Origin: an uncultured Clostridia bacterium
GTDB lineage: Bacteria; Bacillota; Clostridia; TANB77; CAG-508
Direction: 5' to 3'
NCBI GenBank assembly: GCA_947628835.1
Contig: CANRBL010000005.1
Span: 33 to 64,032, forward strand
DNA: 64,000 nucleotides
The position numbers and the translations under genes are program-made. The stretch's first letter is position 1. Each line of letters begins with the position of its first letter. Under the pieces are notes generated by a model, which had not been told where the DNA came from, did no database searches, and worked only from the letters and a program-made list of their open reading frames with translations. Below, in pieces: positions 18,791 to 28,800 of the stretch.

Positions 18791-20557
18791 CTATTTATTT
18801 TGCTCTTCTGTATTTTCATATTTTTGCAATTGTTCATATGTATTTAAGTAATTGTTATAACCAAAAGTAAAATGTTGAATGTCATCTAATCTAATTCTAT
18901 AGTTATTATTATATACACAAAAAGTATTAATAAATTTTGATGGATTAGTAAAGTACATTGCAATTTCAGGATAAGTATATGCAGTAAGATTTAATTCTAT
19001 TTTAGATTTTAATCTTGCAATAAATTCTTCTGCATTAAAATCGTCTTCTAAATATTTAAAAGAAACATTATTATCAATAATTCTTGAATAAGTTTCAAAA
19101 CCAGCTGTTAATAATTCTAAAGTAGTAGAGTTAATGTCATCGTATTTTGTTGTTTCAACACAATGTTGAATATTTTTTAAGGCAAACACATAATATTGTT
19201 CTACTGGTAAATATTTTGTAATTTCATTCATAGTATAAGCAATCCAATGACTAGAATATTGATAATAATCATTTTCCATAAAATAATTAAGAGCCTTTAC
19301 AGCACCAATAAGATAATCTTTATTATTTGTATGTGAGTATAATCTGCAAAGAGCATAAGAGGATTCACCATCATATAATTCACTAACAAAATCATTTATA
19401 ACAGAAAAATCAAGTGATAATTCATGAGTAAATTTTCCTGTTTCACTATTTTGTAGTGATAAAATTCCATTACCTAAATCGTTTAGTAAATCATCATATT
19501 CATTAGTATTAAATATTTCCATATATTTAATGAGCATAAGGCAAGCAAGAGCATTACCACCGATATTTATAGTAGAATCTTCTTCGTAATTTGCAACATC
19601 TATTATATATGCAGTATTATCATCTTTATTTTTAACATTTCGTGTTACATAAGACAATGCTTCATTTATAGCTTTTTTTAACTCATCATTAGGATTATTT
19701 TCATATGCTACTATTAAACTCCAAGTTGCACCAATATGTCTTAGCATACTATAGCCAATGATATATTTATCTGTTGATGCATTGTATCCATATGCAAATC
19801 TATTATCAGAAAATAGTGAATTTGCTAGATATGAATTAGAAGATGAGATTAAATTTTTTATGTCAGATATATTTTGGGCTGATGTTAATCTTATTGCAAT
19901 TCCATTTTCAGAATTTGGTTTTAAATCATAAATATTATTATTTTCATCACAGAAAAATGATATGGTATCAAATGTTATAAAAGAATTAGGAATATCTGAA
20001 ATTGCTTTTTTATTATTACTCTCAAAGTATGAATTAATTGCTGATAAATCTAGTTCATTATCATCGTTTAGTAGAGAATTACATAATAGTTCTTCATTTA
20101 ATAGAGCTGTGTTAAAGTTTTTATCAAAAGAAATACCATTTACAAATGGTTTATCATAGCCTTTCATAGCTAAATAAATATCATCTTTAGATTTTTCTTC
20201 AATTTCAGTTGCAATATGTAATTTTATCCATTTAAAATCATAAGGATTATTACTTAAGTATTTAAAAACTTCATTTTTTGTGTTTTCTATAGCCTGTTCT
20301 AATGTATCACCTTTAGAATTAAAAACGATAGCTTTACTATTGGTATCACAAATTGAAATAAAAACATATATATTATTGTTGTTAAGATTATTTTTTATTT
20401 CAATATTAGAATTATTTAATATATGATTTTCTAAATTTGAAAATTTATTAGAAAATTCAACATTTTCTTGTGGTTTAGATTTTACTAAAAATATAAATCC
20501 TCCAACAAAACTTGAAATTATAACAATAATTATAATAGGAACTAATATTTTTTTCAT
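18791..20557 (-). CDS. Membrane-anchored hypothetical protein, possibly with an alpha/alpha-toroid-like C-domain
   Basis: Long ORF with an N-terminal TM (MKKILVPIIIIVIISSFVGG). There is no firm family assignment. Confidence 0.55.
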   Translation of the reverse strand: MKKILVPIIIIVIISSFVGGFIFLVKSKPQENVEFSNKFSNLENHILNNSNIEIKNNLNNNNIYVFISICDTNSKAIVFNSKGDTLEQAIENTKNEVFKYLSNNPYDFKWIKLHIATEIEEKSKDDIYLAMKGYDKPFVNGISFDKNFNTALLNEELLCNSLLNDDNELDLSAINSYFESNNKKAISDIPNSFITFDTISFFCDENNNIYDLKPNSENGIAIRLTSAQNISDIKNLISSSNSYLANSLFSDNRFAYGYNASTDKYIIGYSMLRHIGATWSLIVAYENNPNDELKKAINEALSYVTRNVKNKDDNTAYIIDVANYEEDSTINIGGNALACLMLIKYMEIFNTNEYDDLLNDLGNGILSLQNSETGKFTHELSLDFSVINDFVSELYDGESSYALCRLYSHTNNKDYLIGAVKALNYFMENDYYQYSSHWIAYTMNEITKYLPVEQYYVFALKNIQHCVETTKYDDINSTTLELLTAGFETYSRIIDNNVSFKYLEDDFNAEEFIARLKSKIELNLTAYTYPEIAMYFTNPSKFINTFCVYNNNYRIRLDDIQHFTFGYNNYLNTYEQLQKYENTEEQNK

Positions 20558-20625
20558 AATTATTTCACCTTTCTCTTTCAATTACATTATTTGTTTATAT
20601 AATAGCAAAGTCCTACTGACATTTC

Positions 20626-21342
20626 CTATTGTATATTTTTAAAATCTTCTATTTCCTTAGGAGTACCAAGAACTATAACATCATTTTTTGGTATTTCAAT
20701 AATTCTGATTTCCTTTCCATTTTTAATTAATTCATTATATAAAGGAGCAACATACATTTCGCCTTTTTCTAAGTAATTATTTTTTATATAAAATTCATTA
20801 AAAGCAATTAGGTAATCTTTGACTTCGTGAAAATAATATGCTCCTACACTTGCATATTCGGATATTCTTTGCTTTTCTCTTACTTCAGTTGCTACATTAT
20901 TATTATTTAATTTAACAAAACTCCAATGTTCTCCAGGAGCTTTAAAACATGGAATATTTCCATCACCGATAAATTTGTTTTTGGTTAAATATTTTGCATT
21001 TACATAAGTATCAATATTATATATCAAAATTTCATCATTTGGATTACAAAGTTGAACTGCATATTTAGCTGTTTCTGCTTGTCCAGAAGTAAGACAGTCC
21101 AATTCCAAAATATCATAATTTTTAATGTCTAATTTTAAACATTTATTTCTTATAAAATCTTTGGCATTAGAGTCTTTTAAAGTAATAAAATAAAATTTTT
21201 CATTTTTTAAAGATAATAGACTTTCCATTGACCATTCAAATAAAGTTTTACCTTTTACATCTATCATAAATTTTGGAATATCATAGCCAAAATCTTTAAA
21301 TCTTTTTCCTATTCCTGCCATAGTTATTATATTATTAAACAT
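20626..21342 (-). CDS. Nucleotidyltransferase-fold (sugar-phosphate nucleotidyltransferase-like) capsule/glycan biosynthesis protein
   Basis: N-terminal MAGIGKRF signature (GxGxR). 238 aa. Lies in the glycan cluster. Confidence 0.6.
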   Translation of the reverse strand: MFNNIITMAGIGKRFKDFGYDIPKFMIDVKGKTLFEWSMESLLSLKNEKFYFITLKDSNAKDFIRNKCLKLDIKNYDILELDCLTSGQAETAKYAVQLCNPNDEILIYNIDTYVNAKYLTKNKFIGDGNIPCFKAPGEHWSFVKLNNNNVATEVREKQRISEYASVGAYYFHEVKDYLIAFNEFYIKNNYLEKGEMYVAPLYNELIKNGKEIRIIEIPKNDVIVLGTPKEIEDFKNIQ

Positions 21343-21362
21343 TTATAATCACTCCATTTTTA

Positions 21363-22139
21363 TCAATTTAATTCTTTATAAGTATAGTAGTTTATAGTGT
21401 TATCTCTATGTTCTTTCTTCATAAATTTTTGCTTATTTAATTTATATTGAAACAATAATTGTAATACTGTTATAGATTGACTTAGCATTTTTACATTAGA
21501 TTTTTGATCATCTTCACTCCATGAAATAGGAAAAAATTTAATATTTTGTTTAAAAAAATGGGAAGCCAAAATCATAGTATAATTAAATACTAAATTGTCA
21601 GGAAATTTGTAATAATATTCAGATTTTAAAATATTTACATCATACATATTTAAACCTGAGCCTAAATCTAATATTTTTTTATTTAAAAGGACAGAGAATA
21701 TCATATTATATATTTTATTTCCCAAGGTTCTAAACTTTGAATAACCATTTAAAGTAGAACCATTCATAAATCGTGAACCTAATACACAATCGTATTTTTT
21801 ATATTCTGTATTTTGTAATATTGGAATTAAATCATTAATATTGCCTTGATCATCTCCATGTAAAACAATTACATAATCAAATTTGTTATTAATAGCATAA
21901 TTAAAAGCAACTTTATGGGAACCACCTAAACCATAATTATTATCGTTTATAAAAATTTTATATGTATAGTTTTTTTCATCTTTTAATGTCTGTATAATAT
22001 TAACAGTGTTATCGGTGCTTCTATTATCTACTATTATTATTTCTGAAAAAAAAGCACTGTTTTTATATACCTTTTCTAATACTCGGCATATTTGTTTTTC
22101 GCAATTATAAGTTGGTATAAATAACAAAATTTTAGACAT
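21363..22139 (-). CDS. Glycosyltransferase family 2
   Basis: Motifs IPTYNCEKQI...IIIVDNRSTDNT and a DxD-like HGDDQ. Confidence 0.85.
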   Translation of the reverse strand: MSKILLFIPTYNCEKQICRVLEKVYKNSAFFSEIIIVDNRSTDNTVNIIQTLKDEKNYTYKIFINDNNYGLGGSHKVAFNYAINNKFDYVIVLHGDDQGNINDLIPILQNTEYKKYDCVLGSRFMNGSTLNGYSKFRTLGNKIYNMIFSVLLNKKILDLGSGLNMYDVNILKSEYYYKFPDNLVFNYTMILASHFFKQNIKFFPISWSEDDQKSNVKMLSQSITVLQLLFQYKLNKQKFMKKEHRDNTINYYTYKELN

Positions 22140-22160
22140 TTTTTTCTCCTTTATATAAGT

Positions 22161-23756
22161 TTATTTAGATATTACAATTTCAGTATTAATATGATTTTTT
22201 TTATTTGCTATAGTTTCAAAAATTAACAATAATATTATATACAGTCCTACTGTGTATTCTGTAAAATAATACATATAATATGAAGCTGTTGCAGTAAAAA
22301 AGGTTATAAACATCTTCATAAAAAGAGCTGATATTAAAATTAACAATAACCATTCTTTTTGAAACAATTTTTTGATAACAGTAAATATTAAAATAATAAA
22401 AATAATTAATGGTATTAAGTTCCAGAACAATATTTTTATTATATTATTTTTCATTAGTAAATTTTCTACTTTTAATTTTAGGTCAAGATTTATAGGGTAT
22501 AGATTAAATTTGTTTATTACACTACCAACAATAAAGTTTGGCAAATTAGGTAAAGGAGAATTATTTATGTATGATAAATAACAATTATTAGGATACTCTG
22601 TATCATTAAATGTATATAAAAATATTTTCCATCTTACATCAAGGAACTTATCAAAGTTATTAATAACTAAATCCCCGAATGATATGTAAAAATATTTATC
22701 TAAATTTGCATAAAAGTCGCTTTTACAAACATTGTCATCCCAATAGCATTGCATAAAATGATAATTTGGATATTTTTTTAGTACATCTAAATCAAATACT
22801 TTGTCAATATTTTCTAAATCTGATTTTAAATGTTCTCCTTGCAAATTTTGATTCAACATTATAGATAATGGAATTATGGTAGTTGTTGCTGTATACATTT
22901 TATCAGAGTTTATTTTAGTATATAACATCATAGGTATAAATAAGGCAATACACATTTTTATTATATTTTGTATATTAAAAATATTCTTATATGTAATAAA
23001 AATACAAATTGGATTGCAAATTAAAAATATTATACCTTCACTCCTCCAATTAATCATAATAAAACTCAAAAATAAAAGTACAAATATTTTAATTTTTGTT
23101 ATCTCTATTTTTTCTAAATAATCAAATATAATAATAGTATAAAATAATAGTACTATATATGTATAAAGTATAGCTCTTAGTAAATAAGAATTATTTATTA
23201 AAAACACTGGAGTTAAAAAACATATATGTAAAATAACATTAAAAATTTTATTATGATAACGTTTCTGAATTTTACTATGTGCATATCCCATTATTAGACT
23301 AATAATTATAAGTTGGAAAAGAGTTAGCCCTATTGGATGTGGAATTATATAAAAAACTATAGTATATATTATAACACTTAAATACGATTGCCAAGTAGAT
23401 AAAGAATAGTTTGTAGCATATGATACAATCCAAAATTCATCATAAAACCAAGTACCAGGATATATAATAAGTAAAATTATAAACATAAATATAAAATAAA
23501 TTATAGAATGTTTTAATAAATTTATATAAAAAGATTCTTTTTTCTTGATTTTATGTGCAAAGAAAAAAAGCATTTTATATATTAATGGTAGAAATATTAT
23601 AAATACTATGTTTATAAGCCAATATGAAAATTTAGATTCTATTATACCTGTAAAAATACGAGGTCTTATAAATAATATAGATATTATTTCAGTTAATATA
23701 GTCAATAATAATATTATTATATTTTCTTTAAAAAATTTTTTTCGTTTGTGTTTCAT
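22161..23756 (-). CDS. Polytopic integral membrane protein (putative glycan polymerase or GT-C-like)
   Basis: 531 aa with more than 10 hydrophobic segments, in a glycan-cluster context. Confidence 0.5.
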   Translation of the reverse strand: MKHKRKKFFKENIIILLLTILTEIISILFIRPRIFTGIIESKFSYWLINIVFIIFLPLIYKMLFFFAHKIKKKESFYINLLKHSIIYFIFMFIILLIIYPGTWFYDEFWIVSYATNYSLSTWQSYLSVIIYTIVFYIIPHPIGLTLFQLIIISLIMGYAHSKIQKRYHNKIFNVILHICFLTPVFLINNSYLLRAILYTYIVLLFYTIIIFDYLEKIEITKIKIFVLLFLSFIMINWRSEGIIFLICNPICIFITYKNIFNIQNIIKMCIALFIPMMLYTKINSDKMYTATTTIIPLSIMLNQNLQGEHLKSDLENIDKVFDLDVLKKYPNYHFMQCYWDDNVCKSDFYANLDKYFYISFGDLVINNFDKFLDVRWKIFLYTFNDTEYPNNCYLSYINNSPLPNLPNFIVGSVINKFNLYPINLDLKLKVENLLMKNNIIKILFWNLIPLIIFIILIFTVIKKLFQKEWLLLILISALFMKMFITFFTATASYYMYYFTEYTVGLYIILLLIFETIANKKNHINTEIVISK

Positions 23757-23954
23757 AAATAATCCTCTTTCTATTTATTTGTAACTATAATAATTCTAAC
23801 AGATACAAATAAAAAAATAAAGTGATTTTTAAATTTTTTATCATAATCTGTTACAAGTGTTTTATTTTTTTTAACAATATGTTATACTAATTACAACGTG
23901 AAATATTATAAAAGTATATAATCAGAAAAATTAAAATAGTAGAAGGAGAAAATT

Positions 23955-25544
23955 TTGATAGATACAATAGAAAAAATAAAAAATAATTTATATTCAAAAA
24001 TAAATGAATCTAAAAAAATAGGGAAAGTAAAAAAAATATTAGAAAAAACCAACACCAAAAAAGCAAATACAATTTTTATTATAGTTGTGCTTATAATATA
24101 TATGATTATAACATTTATAGGAGTAATAAAACATGAATCGTGGTCAGATGAAGCACAAGCGTGGTTAATAGCAAGAGATTTATCAATCCCAGAAATTTGG
24201 AATCAAATGAGGTATGAAGGTCATTCTTGTTTATGGCATTTAATATTAGTTCCATTTGCAAAATTAGGGTTGCCATTTGATAGTATAAAATTAATAAGTT
24301 GGATAATTTTAGTAATATCAGTGTTTTTAATACTTAAATATTCACCATTTAATAAGTTTACAAAGTTACTTATAATATTTAGTGCACCATTTATATATTA
24401 TTATCCTTGCATATCAAGAGAATATTGTTTATTACCACTATTAATTTCGTTAATTAGCATATTATATCAAGATAAGAAAAAACATCCATATCTATATGCT
24501 GTATTATTGGCTTTTTTATGTAATGTACACATTATTGCAATACCATTTGCAGGAATGCTAACAGTTACATTTTATGGTGAGGAACTACTATTAAAAAGAA
24601 AACAAAATGAAAAAAAAGAGAGAAAGAAATTAATAATAGGAGCATTTATAGTTTTTATTGGCTTAGTATTGTTCATATTACAAATATATAGAGCAATTTT
24701 TGACAGTAAATTGTCATATCAGGTTTCATCTATACATAATACATTAAATATAAATTTTATAGTTACACATACAAAAGAGATAGTAATACAATATATGGAA
24801 ATGATAATGGGAAAATCACCTCTAACAATAGCTAATTATATTGTATTTGCCATTATTTTAACATTAATTATTATAAATGGAATAAAATATAAAAAACAAT
24901 TTCTAATTTTTGTGCCAGTTGTAATTGTTAATATTTTTGTACACGTATTTTTATGGTTTTTAAATCCACATAGAGCTTATATGATTTTAATGCTTATTAT
25001 ATTTTGGGCATGGAACTATAAAAAAGATGGTAAAATATGTGATTTTAAAATCATAAATAATAGTATATTATATGCACTAATCATATTGTGTATAATATCA
25101 TTAAAGGCAGGATATAATGCTATAAAAGCAGATTATTATAATTTATATTCATCTTCTAAAGAAACAGCAGAATACATAGAAGACAATCTTCCTAAAGATT
25201 CAGTGTTTTTATTTATTCCAGTATCACAATCTATTACACCTATAATTGCTTATTTAGATAATGATGATTATAAATTCTATAGCGTACCAGAGGATAGATA
25301 TTTAACATATATAATATGGGATAGCAAATGGAATGAAAAGATAACGCCTGATAAAATTAATATTTTATTAAATCATAAATTAAAAAATAGGAAAAATGTA
25401 TATTTAATAACAACTATATCTCAAAATAATAATGAAAGAAAATTTGTAGAAGATTGCAAAAAAATCTATGCTTCGAATGAGTGTATGACGATTTTAGAAC
25501 AATATATAATTTATAAATTACCAGATGTTGAATATACTAAATAA
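23955..25544 (+). CDS. Polytopic membrane protein, GT-C-like glycosyltransferase candidate
   Basis: RBS ggaga precedes TTG 23955. The first loop motif ESWSDEAQAW resembles the acidic loop of GT-C enzymes. Many TM segments. Confidence 0.5.
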   Translation: MIDTIEKIKNNLYSKINESKKIGKVKKILEKTNTKKANTIFIIVVLIIYMIITFIGVIKHESWSDEAQAWLIARDLSIPEIWNQMRYEGHSCLWHLILVPFAKLGLPFDSIKLISWIILVISVFLILKYSPFNKFTKLLIIFSAPFIYYYPCISREYCLLPLLISLISILYQDKKKHPYLYAVLLAFLCNVHIIAIPFAGMLTVTFYGEELLLKRKQNEKKERKKLIIGAFIVFIGLVLFILQIYRAIFDSKLSYQVSSIHNTLNINFIVTHTKEIVIQYMEMIMGKSPLTIANYIVFAIILTLIIINGIKYKKQFLIFVPVVIVNIFVHVFLWFLNPHRAYMILMLIIFWAWNYKKDGKICDFKIINNSILYALIILCIISLKAGYNAIKADYYNLYSSSKETAEYIEDNLPKDSVFLFIPVSQSITPIIAYLDNDDYKFYSVPEDRYLTYIIWDSKWNEKITPDKINILLNHKLKNRKNVYLITTISQNNNERKFVEDCKKIYASNECMTILEQYIIYKLPDVEYTK

Positions 25545-25580
25545 AAAAATACAGATAATAAATTGAAAGTTAATATGGTA

Positions 25581-25612
25581 AAAAAGTGAAAGTTTAAATT
25601 TTCACTTTTTTT
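25581..25612 (+). terminator. Rho-independent terminator
   Basis: Stem aaaaagtgaaa/tttcacttttt followed by a T-run. Confidence 0.7.
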
Positions 25613-25769
25613 GGGTATGCAAATATAGTTCCCCGTAGAACAATGTAGAAATATAAGATAAATTGTAATAAAAATGTAATAAAATTTTAATATTTTGTTA
25701 CAAAAAAAGATTGAATGAACTTCCGTAAGTAGGAAAAAAGAAGGTTAATATGTGCATAAAAAGCCCATA

Positions 25770-25798
25770 TTGATTTTTTTTTTTTATAGAAGTAATAT
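25770..25798 (+). promoter_or_regulatory. Candidate promoter whose spacer is largely a T12 homopolymer
   Basis: TTGATT (25770-25775), 17-nt spacer, TAATAT (25793-25798). The T12 run spans 25774-25785. It lies about 40 nt upstream of the RBS of the adhesin operon. Confidence 0.4.
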
Positions 25799-25834
25799 AA
25801 AATTAATGTCTTTATATTTAAGGAGGATTTGAGT

Positions 25835-28800
25835 ATGAAAAAGAAAGCATTTAAGTGGATAACAGTAGTATTAACAATATTAGCATTGACTATGGGAAAC
25901 TTCATATTGGTAGCTAAAAATTCAATAAGTTACGCAAAAGAGCTATTTTATGACACAAATAACAAAAATATTGAATTTATAGCATATTTTAAATCAGAAG
26001 AGGGGAAAGAATTATATAGTAAGGAGCAGTTATTAACAGAAAATAATACAAAGTTATATCTAAGGATAGCTGTTAAAGAAGATGGGTATTTTAATGGAGA
26101 TATAAAATTACAAAACTCCAACTTCAATTTAAAAGAAGACATATTAAGTGAGAAAGTTAATAGTATAAAAAATAATACTATTGTGTTAAATCAAATAAAT
26201 GCAGGAGAAAATGTAGATATAGAAGTAGGTATTGATACTAATATAGACTATTCTAGCAATATAGTTGAAGCTAATAAATTTGATACAACAAGTTCATTAG
26301 TATTAAGTGGAACATATGTAAATGCAAAGAAAACATATGATGACATATTAGCTACATCAAATGTAGATTTAAAATTAATTTCTCCAGAAGATATAAAAAT
26401 GCATTTTAAATCAGATATTTTAATGAACAAAGTATGTGAAATAGAAAAAGAGAGAACAGAAGATAATAATGAAAAAGCGAAAAACAACGTTAAAGACGAA
26501 GAAATTAATGCAATAAAAGAAAAAAAACGTTATGTACAAATTTTATTAGAAAGTGGATTAGAAGAAAATAAATATCCAATAGATACAACAACAATGGAAA
26601 TAACAGTTCCTAAAGAAGCAGAAAATGTAATAGTTACTTCTGCACGGAACATATGCAACAAATAACAGAGAAGGATATGAATTTATAGATGAAAACTGGT
26701 CATATGATAAGAACAATAATATTGTAAATGTATCTATATATAACGAAGAAGAAAATAATACATTGCCATGGAATAAGACAGATAAAGATAAAATTTTGGT
26801 AACATATATATTTGATGATGAAGAAAATATAAAAAATTTTGATGTAAATGTAAAAAATAAAATACAATTAATGGATGGAAATGTTTTTGAAGATGAGTAT
26901 GAAATACCAGTAAATTTAGAAAAAGAAATAAATGAGACCTTCGAATTTTTAGTAAATGAAAATGAAGAAAGTATATATAAAGGAAAATTATACTCTAAAG
27001 AAGATAGAATATATAGTACAACAAACAAAGTACAAATTAACTATGTAGATGAGAACAGTAAAATTGTATTTGGCGAAAATATAAATTTTGATGTAATGGC
27101 ATCAAATATAGAATATATTTCAACAAAATTTGATAAAAAAGAAATAAAAAATATTTTAGGAGAAAAAGGCTATATTGTAATAAAAGACATAAATGGCAAT
27201 GAATTAACAAAAATTACAAAGGATACGGAATATAATGAAGAAGGAAATGTAAAATTTGACTATGAAAATGGAATACAAAATATTAGTATAGAAATATATG
27301 GAGCAGAAAAGACAGGAATATTAAATATACAAAATGACAAAAAAATAAATACAACTAATTATACAAGAAAAGATATAAATCAAATTAGTAAAATTATAGA
27401 AACAACAAAAGGAACATATTATTTAGGTGAAACAATAGAAAAAGAAGAAGAAATTGCAAAAGAAATAGAATTATATGAAACAGAAACAAAAGCAAAAATT
27501 GAAATAAATAATAATATATTATCAACATATGCAAAAAATGAGAATATTGAATTAAAAGCAACATTAATATCAAATAATGAAAATAATGATTTATATAAAA
27601 ATCCAACTGTACAAATAATATTACCAAGTATAATAGAAAAAATAGATATAAAAACAGTAAAACTAATGTATGCAGAAGAATTAAAAGTAAAATCTGCAAC
27701 ATTAGAAGATGTAAATGAACAAAAAGTAATTAATATTGCTTTTGAAGGAGAACAATCAAAATATACGAAATTATCATTAGTAGAAGGACCAACAATAATA
27801 GTAAATGCAGATATAGATATAAATAAAAAAGCTTTATCTCAAGAAAATGCTATAAAGTTAAATTATACAAATGAAAATGACAAAAATGCTAATGAACAAG
27901 AAGAATGTAAAATACAAATAATTTCACCAAGAGAGATATTAACAGTAAATAGTATAAAAGAATTAGGATTGGAAACAGTAGGTGAAGAAGAAACAAAAGA
28001 TGCTGAGTTAGAGATGAATTCTAAAGAAAAAGATTTGCAAGTACAAGTACAAATTGCAAATAATGCGCAAACAGATATATCAAATGTAAAAATATTAGGA
28101 GATTTTCCAACTCAAGGTGCGATTATAGAAAATGAAGAAAATAATATGCAAATAGCATTAGCCAACAATATACAAGTAAATACATTAGAAACAAGTAAAA
28201 CTCAAGTATATTATACTCAAAATACAAAGGCAACAGATGATTTAGCAAATAGTGAAAATGGTTGGAGTCAAGATAGTAACAATGCTAAAAAATATTTAAT
28301 ATTAGTAGATAATATGCAAAAAGGTCAAAATTTAACAGCAACATATGGAGTAAAAGTTGCAGAAAATTTAGGATATAATGAAAAAGCAAAATCAAATTAT
28401 GAAGTAAGTTATAACAATAGTCAAACAGGAAAAACATTAACATTAGAGGCTACACCAATTGCAATGGAAACAGAAGAACAGGAAGTTGCTCCAAATTTAG
28501 AAGCAAGTTTAGTTGCAACTGTAGGAAATGATATATTAAAAGATGGTGATGAAGTAAAGGAAGGAGAAATAATAAAGTATGCGATAAATGTAACTAATAC
28601 AGGAACAGGAATAGCACAAAATGCAACTATTACAGCAAGTGTGCCAGAAAATACTGTATATGTTGAAATTCAAAGCATATTAGATAAAGAATTTACAGGA
28701 GAAAGTTTTTCAAAATGGGTAGAAACAGAAAATAAAAATCAAGTAATATATAGTATAGAAACTATTAATCCAGGAGAAACTAAAACTTTTGAATATGAAG

